Part shown: piece after piece, positions 6,947 to 16,741 of the stretch
How the letters are laid out: each line of letters opens with the position of its first letter
How positions within the stretch are numbered: position 1 is the stretch's first letter
Assembly (NCBI GenBank): GCA_963707025.1
Contig: CAVPOM010000017.1
Location: 64,001 to 128,000, forward strand
Reading direction: 5' to 3'
DNA length: 64,000 bases
Source of the DNA: an uncultured Verrucomicrobiae bacterium
GTDB taxonomy: Bacteria; Verrucomicrobiota; Verrucomicrobiia; Limisphaerales; Palsa-1400
Program-made: the position numbers and the translations under genes
Notes under the pieces: generated by a model
What the model was told of the DNA's origin: nothing
Seen by the model: only the letters and a program-made list of their open reading frames with translations
The model's database searches: none

Positions 6947-7969
6947 ATGAGAATCCCGCATCCCATTCCTTATCAAGGCAGCAAGCGGGGTCTGGCTTCA
7001 GCGATATTGGCTTACTTCCCCGATCCAATGGGCCGCCTGATTGAACCATTTGCCGGTTCCGCCGCGCTCACCCTGGCCGCAGCTTCCCGTGGTCTTGCTT
7101 CCGGCTATGTTATCAACGACTTGAACGAGCCGTTGATGAACCTGTGGCGCGCCATCATCAACTCACCGGAGCGGCTGGCCCGCCAGTACGAATCCCTCTG
7201 GAAAGCTCAACACGCCGAAGACCGCCGCCGCTATTACGATGCGGTCCGCGACGAATTCAATCGCACAGGCCAGCCGGAACACCTGCTCTACTTGCTCGCG
7301 CGTTGCGTGAAAGCCTCCGTGCGCTACAATACCAGCGGTGCATTCAACCAAAGCCCGGACAATCGCCGCATGGGCGCTCTGCCCGCGACCCTGCGCGAGC
7401 ATATTTTCGGCGCGTCCCGTTTGCTTAAAGGGCGCACCGAGTGCCGTTCCCAGGATTACAAGGAAGTGCTCGCCGAAGCCGGGGCCGGCGATCTGATTTA
7501 CATGGATCCCCCTTACCAGGGCGTCTGCGCCAACCGCGACCCGCGATATTTGAAGTCCATTTTATTTGACGATTTTGTTGAGCAATTGGATTCGTTGAAT
7601 TGCCGCAACATGAGCTATCTCGTCAGCTACGACGGCAAAACGGGAGAAAAGACTCATGGTCGCCGGCTTCCGCCGCGGCTCGGTTTGCATCTGGTGGAAC
7701 TCGAAGCTGGCCGCTCCTCGCAAGCAACCTTGCTCGGCCGCCGCGAGGCGACAGTTGAATCCCTCTACATTTCACCGGCCCTTGCTGAACGCTTGCATCC
7801 TGACCGCCATCGCTTCCCGGCGGGCCATCGGTTTATTGGGGCTCCGTGCTCCCGCACCATCCCAAACGGCAGGGTGAGTCTCCGTCGAACCCGGACTAAT
7901 GCCCTTCAGCGTCCGTTCGCAAGCAGTCAGGAATTCACGGCTCGAACTGAGTCTCGCCCTCCCGTCTGA
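6947..7969 (+). CDS. Dam-family (D12 class) DNA adenine methyltransferase
   Basis: PYQGSKR, EPFAGSA, YMDPPY; C-terminal tail runs through a REP-like repeat. Confidence 0.9.
   Translation: MRIPHPIPYQGSKRGLASAILAYFPDPMGRLIEPFAGSAALTLAAASRGLASGYVINDLNEPLMNLWRAIINSPERLARQYESLWKAQHAEDRRRYYDAVRDEFNRTGQPEHLLYLLARCVKASVRYNTSGAFNQSPDNRRMGALPATLREHIFGASRLLKGRTECRSQDYKEVLAEAGAGDLIYMDPPYQGVCANRDPRYLKSILFDDFVEQLDSLNCRNMSYLVSYDGKTGEKTHGRRLPPRLGLHLVELEAGRSSQATLLGRREATVESLYISPALAERLHPDRHRFPAGHRFIGAPCSRTIPNGRVSLRRTRTNALQRPFASSQEFTARTESRPPV
7868..7962. repeat. REP-like palindromic repeat, family A
   Basis: GGCAGGGTGAGTCTCCGTCGAACC ... GGCTCGAACTGAGTCTCGCCCTCC; related copies at 33235-33300 and 43123-43194. 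Confidence 0.65.
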
Positions 7970-7999
7970 AAAAAGCACAAAACATTGTGGTAAAAGCCT

Positions 8000-8185
8000 G
8001 TGAAAATCCGGGAAATCATCCGGCGAATAGAAGAGGACGGCTGGTTCCTGGTGCGGACTCGTGGCAGTCATCGTCAATATCACCATGCAACGAAGCCAGG
8101 CACTGTGACAATTGCCGGACATCCGGGAGAAGATTTGCACCCGAAGACCTTAAATAGTATTCTGAGACAATCAGGACTCAAATAA
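8000..8185 (+). CDS. hicA: HicA-family mRNase toxin
   Basis: DGWFLVRTRGSHRQYHH...PKTLNSILRQSGL. Confidence 0.92.
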   Translation: MKIREIIRRIEEDGWFLVRTRGSHRQYHHATKPGTVTIAGHPGEDLHPKTLNSILRQSGLK

Positions 8186-8187
8186 AT

Positions 8188-8397
8188 ATGCGTTATACAA
8201 TCCTCATTGAGCACGGGCCGAAAAACTTCAGCGCCTATGCGCCGGATTTCCCCGGCTGTGTCGCTGCCGCGGCCACCGAACAGGAAACATTGGCACTAAT
8301 GAAGGAAGCCTTGGAAATGCACATCGAAGATATGCGTGAGCGAGGCGAACCCATCCCGCAGCCAAGCGCCATGCGAGAAATCGAAATTGCCGCATGA
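8188..8397 (+). CDS. hicB: HicB-like antitoxin
   Basis: FSAYAPDFPGCVA motif, directly after hicA. Confidence 0.9.
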   Translation: MRYTILIEHGPKNFSAYAPDFPGCVAAAATEQETLALMKEALEMHIEDMRERGEPIPQPSAMREIEIAA

Positions 8398-8416
8398 GCT
8401 TGGCATCACACTTTCC

Positions 8417-8596
8417 ATGCAGCGAAAACTCCCAGCGCCACGCAACGAACGCGAGTACCGCCAACTCGTGAAACTCCTCGATCGTCTCGTTGACGAAGTG
8501 GGCGAGGACGAAAACCATCCGCTCGCTTCCATGATGGAAGTTCTTGGCGTCCTTATCGAAGAATACGAGGACGAGCATGTGGCGGAACTGGCGTGA
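8417..8596 (+). CDS. HigA-type antitoxin N-terminal domain, no HTH (truncated or orphan)
   Basis: PRNEREYRQLVKLLDRLVDEVGEDENHPLASMMEVLGVLIEEYEDEH. Confidence 0.65.
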   Translation: MQRKLPAPRNEREYRQLVKLLDRLVDEVGEDENHPLASMMEVLGVLIEEYEDEHVAELA

Positions 8597-8601
8597 TTAT
8601 C

Positions 8602-9282
8602 ATGGCGAACGATTGGTTCAGAAAAACAAGTTGGAGTGAGGCCGACCAAGCTGATTACTTTGCTCGCCTCAAAAGAAGCCGCGGCGCGGGCAACAAAGCA
8701 CAATATTTGCGAATTCAAGCCATTTATCTTGAAGGCGTCGGTTCACCAGAACTTCTGCGGTCGGCGATCACACTTTTGGACAAAATGCTTGGTGAATTTC
8801 CAGATTCAATCGAATTGGCTTCTGCTTACGGCCAGAAAGCAAGCTGTTTGGCTAAACTCGGTGAACTTGATCAGGCCCTTGTTTTTTATCGTTGCGCTCT
8901 TGAGAGGGAGCGCAGATTTCCACATGTGCGAACTCAGGCTTATATTGAGTTTGGAAAACTTGTGGTCGAAAATGAGTTGGCACAGCTTTTCGACGAAACT
9001 TTAGCAGTGCTTGATGAACGTAAGTTAAGTGAATTCCAGTTTCCCGTTGAAATTTATCAAACATTCGGAATTCGCGCGATTATGGCAGCGCAAAAGGGAG
9101 AAACCGAAAAGGCCAGGGCGCTCGCCAACGTTGCCCTTGAAGCTGCGGCCAAAACTCATTCGGGTCTTCGATATCATCCAACGGTCGGACTGGTGCAAGA
9201 CCGAGAGTCCAAATTCGACAAGTCCATTGAAACAATTGCCGCAAATCACATTCAGAGCTTTGCAAAAAGATTTAATCCATGA
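8602..9282 (+). CDS. TPR-like helical hypothetical protein
   Basis: AYGQKASCLAKLGELDQALVFYRCAL; low GC. Confidence 0.7.
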   Translation: MANDWFRKTSWSEADQADYFARLKRSRGAGNKAQYLRIQAIYLEGVGSPELLRSAITLLDKMLGEFPDSIELASAYGQKASCLAKLGELDQALVFYRCALERERRFPHVRTQAYIEFGKLVVENELAQLFDETLAVLDERKLSEFQFPVEIYQTFGIRAIMAAQKGETEKARALANVALEAAAKTHSGLRYHPTVGLVQDRESKFDKSIETIAANHIQSFAKRFNP

Positions 9283-9336
9283 CCGAACCCGCCATCACCC
9301 CTGAACTGGTCCAACTGCACAGCCTCACCCTGGACG
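9279..9336 (+). repeat. Duplicated 5' end of purL (relic)
   Basis: ATGACCGAACCCGCCATCACCCC(T/C)GAACTGGT, also at 10650; [17 protein letters not shown] vs [17 protein letters not shown]. Confidence 0.9.
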
Positions 9337-9366
9337 GGCGCGCGGTTTCGCGGAAGGTTTGATTCC

Positions 9367-10642
9367 GTGAAAACCCTGTCCCTCCAGCGAAAAAATTCCG
9401 CCGTCCATCGCACCACACAAAGCGGGGGGCGGTCGAGTTACAACGCCTGGTCGGGCGGCATCGCGGCCTTGCTGGAGGAAGCGCGCCGCCAATCCGCCCG
9501 CTCTGTCAACGTCATCCTTACCGCGACCTACTGGGAAATCGGCCGCCGCATCGTGCAGTTCGCGCAGCAAGGCGAGAAGCGGGCGGAGTATGGAGATGAG
9601 GTGTTGGAACGCCTTTCCCGCGATCTAACAAAAAAATTTGGCCGCGGATTCTCCCGGCAAAACCTTCAGCAAATACGCCAGTTCTACGCTTTTAATCCAC
9701 CAGAAAAGATTTGCCAGACACTGTCTGGCAAATTGGTGAAGGATGTGCAAAGCAGCATCGAAAATGTTCAGAACACCGTCTGAACAATTCATGACGCTTC
9801 AAATTTGCCAGACGCTGTCTGGCACCTCCGCCGGGCCAATTCGCGCCACAGCGTCGCGTAAATCTGAACTTGACCTCGCGTTCTACCTCGAAGCCCTGTG
9901 CCACGCCTTTCCGCTATCGTGGTCGCATTACGTTCGTTTGCTCACCGTGGAGAAACCGGAAGCGCGCCAGTTTTACGAAACCGAATCCCTGCGCGGCGGC
10001 TGGAGCGTGCGTCAGTTGGATCGCCAAATCAGCACGCTCTTTTACGAGCGCACCGCGCTGTCGAAGAATAAAGCCAGGCTGCTCACCACCGGCGCAAAGG
10101 CGCGCCCCGAAGACGCCGTGAGCGCGGAGGAGGAAATCAAAAGCCCCTACGTTCTGGAATTCTTGAACCTGCGCGATGACTATGCCGAAAGCGATTTGGA
10201 GGACGCTCTCGTCCGCCATCTCGAAGCGTTTCTGCTGGAGTTGGGAAACGATTTCACCTTCGTCGCGCGGCGGAAGCGGATTCGCGTCGGCAAGCAATGG
10301 TATCGCATTGACCTGTTGCTGTTTCATCGCCGGCTGCGCTGCCTGTTCATTTTCGATTTGAAGCTGGGCCGTTTCACGCACGCGGACGCGGGTCAGATGA
10401 ATTTGTATGTGAATTACGCCGCCGGGCATCTGACATTGCCGGAGGAAAATCCGCCCGTCGGCCTCGTGTTGTGTTCCGAACACGACGAAGCCGTGGCGCG
10501 CTATTCGATGGGCAACCTGACCAACAAAATTCTCGCCGCGCAATACAAGCTGGCCTTGCCTGACCTGCGCCTGCTGGAAAAAGAAATTGAGAAGACGCGC
10601 CGCCTGCTCGAATCTCCCGCACGGCGGATGCGCCAAAAATAA
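9367..10642 (+). CDS. YhcG/DUF1016 PD-(D/E)XK nuclease-domain protein, frameshift near 9760
   Basis: TYWEIGRRIV, LSWSHY, WSVRQLDRQI, FLLELGNDFTFVAR, DAGQMNLYVNY. Confidence 0.88.
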
Positions 10643-10649
10643 TCAAGCC

Positions 10650-13049
10650 ATGACCGAACCCGCCATCACCCCCGAACTGGTTGCCAAAGCACAACCTCAC
10701 GCCGGAGGAGTACGAGAAGATCAAGGACATTCTCGGCCGCGAGCCGAGCTACACCGAACTGGGCATTTTCTCCGTGATGTGGAGCGAGCATTGCAGCTAC
10801 AAAAACACCCGCCCGCTGCTCAAAACCTTTCCCACCAAGTCGCCGAAAATCCTCGTCGGCGCGGGCGAGGAAAACGCCGGCATCATTGACATCGGCGACG
10901 GCCTGGCCATCGCGTTCAAGATCGAGTCGCACAACCATCCGAGCGCGGTCGAGCCGTTTCAGGGCGCGGCCACCGGCGTCGGCGGCATCATCCGCGACAT
11001 CTTCACCATGGGCGCGCGGCCGATTTGCTCGGTCAATTCGCTGCGCTTCGGGCCGATCACGAGTGCAGCGACGTATCTCATTCGAATCCGACAATCAGAG
11101 CTCGACACATCGCTGCTACGAATCGGCGAACCGCATTGCCAAACAACCGCCGCCTCTTCGCCGGCGTGGTCAGCCGGCATCGCGCATTACGGCAATTGCT
11201 TCGGCATTCCGACCATCGCCGGCGAGGTTTATTTCGACAAATCCTACGAGGGCAATCCGCTGGTCAACGCCTTCTGCCTCGGCGTGCTGCGCCACGAACA
11301 AATCGCGCGCGGCGCGGCCAAGGGCATCGGCAATCCGGTCTTCTACGTCGGCCCGGCCACCGGCCGCGACGGCCTGGCCGGCGCGGCGTTTGCCTCGCAG
11401 GATTTGACCGAGGAATCCGCCGAGCAACAGCGCGGCGCGGTGCAGGTGGGCGATCCGTTCATGGAAAAACTCGTGTGCGAAGCCTGCCTGGAATTGCTCG
11501 CCACCGGCGCGGTCGCCGGCATCCAGGACATGGGCGCGGCGGGCTTGACCTGCTCGACCTGCGAAACCGCCGCCCGCGCCGGCACGGGCATCGAAATCGA
11601 ATTGGACAAGGTCCCGCAACGCGCGCCGAACATGACGCAGCTACGAAATCATGCTCTAGCGAATCGCAGGAGCGGATGCTCATCATCGTCCACAAGGGCC
11701 GCGAGGAGGAAGTGAAACGCATTTTCGACAAATGGGATTTGCCGTGGGCGGAGATCGGCTTCGTCACCGACACCGGCCGCATGGTGGTGAGGCACCATGG
11801 CAAGGTCGTGGCCGACATTCCGGCCAAAAAAATCGCCGACGAATCGCCGGTTTATCAGCGCGAAGCGCAGCGAACCGGAGTATTTGAAGGAAGTCCGCGC
11901 GTTCCGGCTCGACGGAATTGCCGGACACCCAGGACCCCGCCGACGCGATCTCAAGACACTGCTGGCCTGGCCGACCATCGCCTCGAAGAACTGGGTTTAC
12001 CGCCAATACGACCACATGGTGCGCGACGGCTCGGTGGTTTGCCCCGGCAGCGACGCGGCCGTCCTGCGCATCAAGGCCGATTCGCTGCCCGCGCCGGCGC
12101 CGACGCGCCGGACGCCGCCCGCGCCTGGAAAAATTCATCGCCCTGACGGTGGATGGCAACGGCGCCTACGTTTATCTCGATCCCTACGAAGGCGGCAAAA
12201 TCGTCGTGGCCGAAGCGGCCCGCAATCTGGCCTGTTCCGGCGCCGTGCCGCTGGGCGCGACCGACAATCTCAACTTCGCCAGCCCGCTCAAGCCGGAATT
12301 GTTCTGGCAGCTCAAGGAATCCGTGCGCGGCCTGGCCGAAGCCTGCCGGGCGTTCAACGCGCCGGTCACCGGCGGCAATTGCTCGCCTCTACAACCAAAG
12401 CCCCAACGGCCCGATTGATCCCGACGCCCGACGGTCGCCGTGGTCGGCCTGATCGAAAAGCCGGAGCACATCACGACGCAATGGTTCAAGGACGAAGGCG
12501 ACGCGATCATCCTGCTGGGCGACATTGTGGACACAGGCCGATCCGCTGCTCGGTCTGGGCGGCTCGGCTTATTTGCAAGCTGATTCACGGCCTGAAAACC
12601 GGCACGCCGCCGCGTTGCGATCTGGAGAACGAGCGAGGACACTGCACACCACGCTGCTCGGCTTGATTCAATCCGGCCTGGTGAAAAGCGCGCACGATTG
12701 CAGCGAAGGCGGCCTGGCGGTGGCCCTGGCGGAAAGCTGCATCAGCCAGCAGATCGCCCGCGAAACGCCCAGGCTGATCGGCGCGCAAATTGATCTGGCC
12801 GCCTTTGCCGGCGCGCGCCTGGACGCCCTTCTTTTCGGCGAAGCCCAGGGCCGGGTCGTCATTTCCGTCGCCCCGCTGGACGCCGTCAAAGTCCTGGAGC
12901 GCGCCCGGATTATGGAAGTCAGCGCGGCCAGACTCGGTGTCGTGGGAGGCGCGGATCTGTCCATCAAAACCGCCCCCGCCGAGTTCAAATGGCCGGTGGC
13001 GGCGCTGCACGTTCTTTGGTGGAACGCCATTGCCCAGGCGATGCAGTAG
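10650..13049 (+). CDS. purL: FGAM synthase subunit PurL with many frameshifts (probable assembly indels)
   Basis: [41 protein letters not shown] spread across frames. Confidence 0.93.
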
Positions 13050-14433
13050 GCGCCAGCGCCGCAAAAAATCCCTCCGCCTTGGCCAGCGTCTCCTCATATT
13101 CGGCCTCCGCCACCGAGTCGCTCACGATGCCGGCGCCGACCTGGAAATAAAGGCGGTCCTGCCGGCAAATCGCCGCGCGAATGGTGATGCTCAACTGGCT
13201 CTGGCGGTTGAAACCCAGGTAACCCAGCGCCCCCGTGTAAGGCCCGCGGGCCAGCGGCTCCAACTCATCAATGATTTCCATCGCGCGGATTTTCGGCGCG
13301 CCCGTCACGCTGCCGCCGGGAAAACAGGAGGCGAAGGCCGCCAGGTGCGTCTGCCCCGCGCGCAGCCGCCCGCACACCGTCGAAACCAGATGCTGCACCT
13401 GCGCATACCGCTCCAGCCGCGCCAGCTCCGGCACCTCCACCGAGCCGAATTGGCAGACCTTCCCCAGATCGTTGCGCAGCAAATCGGTGATCATGACCAA
13501 CTCCGCCCTTTCCTTCGCGCTGGCTTGCAGCTCGCAGCCCAGTTGCGCGTCGCGCGCCGCATCCCCCGCGCGCGGGCGCGTCCCTTTGATGGGCCGGGTC
13601 TGAACGTGCGTTCCGCTCAGCCGCAGAAAAAGCTCGGGCGAGGAGGAGCAAAGCTGAAAATCGCCGCAATCCAAAAAGGCCGCGAAGGGCGCCGGCGAAA
13701 CCTCGCACAGCCGCTGAAAAAAATCCCGCCCGCCCCAGCTCGTCACCGCCGCGAAACGATGGGACAGGTTCACCTGGTAAATGTCGCCCGCCCGGATGTA
13801 TTCCTGGGTGCGCCGCACCGCCGCCATAAATTCCGCCCGCGACCAATTGGAAACCACCTCACCCCAAACCCGTTCCCCGGCGGGGCGCGGCCTTGCCGGC
13901 GCCGCCGCCAATTGCGCGCGCCAGAACTCCAGTTGCCGCCGGGCGTGGCGGGCTTCGCTGGAACCATCCGCCCGCAGCCCGGTGGAAACAATCCAGGTTT
14001 TGCCCAGGCCATGATCGAACACCACGAGGCTGTCGTAAAAGCCCGCCTGGCAATCCGGCAACTCCAGATCATTGACCGCCCGGCGCGGCAGATGCGGCTC
14101 GACGAAATTCTTCAAGTCGTAGCCCCAATAACCAAAGCAGCCGCCCAGCGGAAAGGGCCGGTCAATTTCGTCCGGCAACTCGTAGCGCGCCATCAGTCCG
14201 TCCAGCACTTTCCAGGGATCGCCGAACTGGGGATGGTCCGGCCCGTCCAGCTCGCAGCGCGAACCAAAGGAGCGAAACGTGAGGAATGGCCGGGCTGCGA
14301 CCAGCGAATAGCGCCCGTGCGGCGGTTGCAACAGCGCGCTGCGCAGCAGGACCAGCCCGCGCTGCCCGCGCAACCGCCCCGCCAGCGATTGGGGCGTGTG
14401 CCGGGTCTGGATTTCCTGGAGCAACGGACGCAT
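12985..14433 (-). CDS. pabB: Aminodeoxychorismate synthase component I (chorismate-binding)
   Basis: [44 protein letters not shown]. Confidence 0.85.
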   Translation of the reverse strand: MRPLLQEIQTRHTPQSLAGRLRGQRGLVLLRSALLQPPHGRYSLVAARPFLTFRSFGSRCELDGPDHPQFGDPWKVLDGLMARYELPDEIDRPFPLGGCFGYWGYDLKNFVEPHLPRRAVNDLELPDCQAGFYDSLVVFDHGLGKTWIVSTGLRADGSSEARHARRQLEFWRAQLAAAPARPRPAGERVWGEVVSNWSRAEFMAAVRRTQEYIRAGDIYQVNLSHRFAAVTSWGGRDFFQRLCEVSPAPFAAFLDCGDFQLCSSSPELFLRLSGTHVQTRPIKGTRPRAGDAARDAQLGCELQASAKERAELVMITDLLRNDLGKVCQFGSVEVPELARLERYAQVQHLVSTVCGRLRAGQTHLAAFASCFPGGSVTGAPKIRAMEIIDELEPLARGPYTGALGYLGFNRQSQLSITIRAAICRQDRLYFQVGAGIVSDSVAEAEYEETLAKAEGFFAALAPTASPGQWRSTKERAAPPPAI

Positions 14434-14500
14434 TTTTTCTGATTATACGACATGCGGTTTGCGCGCGCTTCTATTGTCTGCGCAACCGCGTTCTGAAGGC

Positions 14501-14532
14501 TTCCGCATTCTGCATTCTGCATTCTGCATTCT
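14501..14532. repeat. Heptamer tandem repeat (TTCTGCA)n
   Basis: ttccgca ttctgca ttctgca ttctgca ttct, intergenic. Confidence 0.85.
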
Positions 14533-15800
14533 CAAAACGCCGCCGCCAGCAACTTTTCCACTGCCCGCGCCGACTTGAGCGGGCTGACCAGCGCCAGGTT
14601 GAATTGTTCCGGCCGGATAAACTCTCGCGCCGCCGCGCGCACCTCCGCGGCGCGCACCTGGCTCCAGCGCTCTTTGAGCGATTCCGGCGCGACGATTTTT
14701 CCGTAGCCCAGCCACTGTTCCCCCACCCACATCATCTGGCTTTCCGTGCTTTCCAAACTTAAATCCAACTGGCCGGTCAGGTAATCGCGCGCCCGCCGCA
14801 ATTCGGCGGCCGGCACCGGTTCCTCCCGCAGCCGCCGCAACTCGCGCAAAATAATCTTCAAGGTTTTGTCCAAATTCGCCAAATCCAGGCCCGCCGAGAT
14901 CACCAGGTCGCCCGTGTCGTCAAAAAAACTGTTGCCGCTGTAAATGGAATAGGCCAGCCCCTGGTCCTCCCGCACCGTCTGGAAAAGCCGCGAGCTCATG
15001 TTCTCCCCCAGCACCGCGTTGAGCAGGCGCAAGGCAAAGCGCCGTTCATGATGGCGCGAACAGGCCCGCATCCCAAAAGCGATTTGCGTTTGTTCGGTTT
15101 TTTTGGTGCGCAGGCGGACCACCGGCCTGGTTTGGACGGCGGTGGCGGGGGCAAAACCGCAGCGCGCCCCGCCATGAAATTCCGCCGCGCAAGCGCGCGC
15201 CGCCTTGACCACCTGGCGATGGGTCAGCCGTCCCGCCGCCGCGATGAGCGTGCCGGCCGCCGTGTAATTTTTCCGTTGAAAGTCGAGGATTTGCCGGCGG
15301 GTCATGGCGTCGAGCGTTCTTTTCGTGCCGGTGATGGAGCGGCCCAGCGGCTGGCCCGGCCAGAGGGTGGCGTTGAGCAACTCTTGCACGTATTGTTGCG
15401 GCTGGTCCAGGTACATGGCCAGTTCCTCCTTGATCACCTCCCGTTCCTTGGCGATTTCCGCCGGATCAAAAGTGGAATGAAGAAACATATCCGCCAGCAC
15501 CTCGAGCAATTCCTCGAAATGGTCATGGCGCGCCCGAGCATAAAAACAAGTATGCTCCTCGCTGGTGAAGGCATTGAGATACCCGCCAAGGCCTTCCACC
15601 GCCTGGGAAATCTCCCGCGCCGAGCGCCGCCGCGTGCCCTTGAAGAGCAGATGCTCGATAAAATGGGAAATGCCGCTGACGGCGGCCCCCTCGCACCGCC
15701 CGCCCACTCCCACCCAAATCCCCAGGCTGACGCTGGCCATGTGCGGCATCTCCGCCGTGGCCACCGTCAATCCGTTCTCCAGCCGCGTGACTTGGTACAT
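14532..15800 (-). CDS. M16-family (pitrilysin-like) zinc peptidase
   Basis: HFIEH (HxxEH), LNAFTS, SSRLFQTVRE. Confidence 0.93.
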   Translation of the reverse strand: MYQVTRLENGLTVATAEMPHMASVSLGIWVGVGGRCEGAAVSGISHFIEHLLFKGTRRRSAREISQAVEGLGGYLNAFTSEEHTCFYARARHDHFEELLEVLADMFLHSTFDPAEIAKEREVIKEELAMYLDQPQQYVQELLNATLWPGQPLGRSITGTKRTLDAMTRRQILDFQRKNYTAAGTLIAAAGRLTHRQVVKAARACAAEFHGGARCGFAPATAVQTRPVVRLRTKKTEQTQIAFGMRACSRHHERRFALRLLNAVLGENMSSRLFQTVREDQGLAYSIYSGNSFFDDTGDLVISAGLDLANLDKTLKIILRELRRLREEPVPAAELRRARDYLTGQLDLSLESTESQMMWVGEQWLGYGKIVAPESLKERWSQVRAAEVRAAAREFIRPEQFNLALVSPLKSARAVEKLLAAAF

Positions 15801-15859
15801 GAGGAAGGTCAATAAAACGAATTTGCCCCGCCGGTCATCCAACCGCTTATGCCCGGCTT

Positions 15860-15901
15860 CTTAATCTTAATCTTAAACTTAATCCTAATCCTAATCCTAA
15901 T
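15860..15901. repeat. Hexamer tandem repeat (CYTAAT)7
   Basis: cttaat cttaat cttaaa cttaat cctaat cctaat cctaat. Confidence 0.85.
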
Positions 15902-15923
15902 CCCTCCGCTCGCGTCCCGGCCA

Positions 15924-16604
15924 TCATCCCACCGTTTTGGGCACCGCCGCCGGCGGGCCGACCTGCCGCATATAATCGGAAATAAGGCGGATCGCCTCCG
16001 GCGCATCGTCCGTCACCGTGACCAAATCCAGGTCGCCGGGGCTGATGAATTGCCCCTTCTCCACCGTGGTTTTGGCCCAGTGCAACAAGCCGCTCCAATA
16101 TTTTTTCCCGAACAAAATCAAGGGAAAGCGGGGGATGCGCCGGGTTTGCACCAGGGTCAGCACTTCAAAGAACTCGTCCAGGGTGCCGAAGCCGCCGGGC
16201 ATGAAGATGAAGGCGATGCTATACTTGACAAAGCAGACCTTGCGCGAAAAGAAATAATGGAAATGAATCGGGACATTGACGTAAGGGTTGCCCTTCTGCT
16301 CAAAGGGCAGCTCGATGTTCAGGCCCACCGATTTTCCCTTGCCCCGCGCCGCGCCGCGATTGGCCGCCTCCATGATGCCCGGACCGCCCCCGGTGATGAC
16401 CGCCAGGTTGTTTTTGGCCAGCCCCCTGGCCATGGCGGCCGCCGCCTGGTAATACGGATCATCCCGCCGCGTCCGGGCCGACCCGAAGATCGTCACCGCC
16501 GGCCCGACCTGCGAGAGAAGTTCAAACGAATCCACGAATTCCGCCATGATGCGGAACACGCGCCACGGATCTTCTTTGATGAAACCGGTTGCCTGATTGT
16601 TCAT
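15924..16604 (-). CDS. LOG-family (TIGR00730) nucleotide phosphoribohydrolase
   Basis: TGGGPGIMEA, PGGFGTLDE. Confidence 0.92.
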   Translation of the reverse strand: MNNQATGFIKEDPWRVFRIMAEFVDSFELLSQVGPAVTIFGSARTRRDDPYYQAAAAMARGLAKNNLAVITGGGPGIMEAANRGAARGKGKSVGLNIELPFEQKGNPYVNVPIHFHYFFSRKVCFVKYSIAFIFMPGGFGTLDEFFEVLTLVQTRRIPRFPLILFGKKYWSGLLHWAKTTVEKGQFISPGDLDLVTVTDDAPEAIRLISDYMRQVGPPAAVPKTVG

Positions 16605-16741
16605 CCGGAGATTCTAACGGGGAAATGCCAAATACAAAATGCAAAATGACAAGGGTTAAATTCTGGTTGCTCCATCCCCCGGCCTCCTTAACAATCCCGC
16701 CATACGAAAATGAACATGCCTCCACGCCGCAAGCCCGCGCC

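Noticed and set aside
6694..10649. Integron cassette array or prophage
   Set aside because: No intI, no recognisable attC repeats and no phage structural genes.
10650..13049. Programmed frameshifting or true pseudogenisation of purL
   Set aside because: Too many scattered indels with conserved motifs and intact purSQ; assembly error is more parsimonious.
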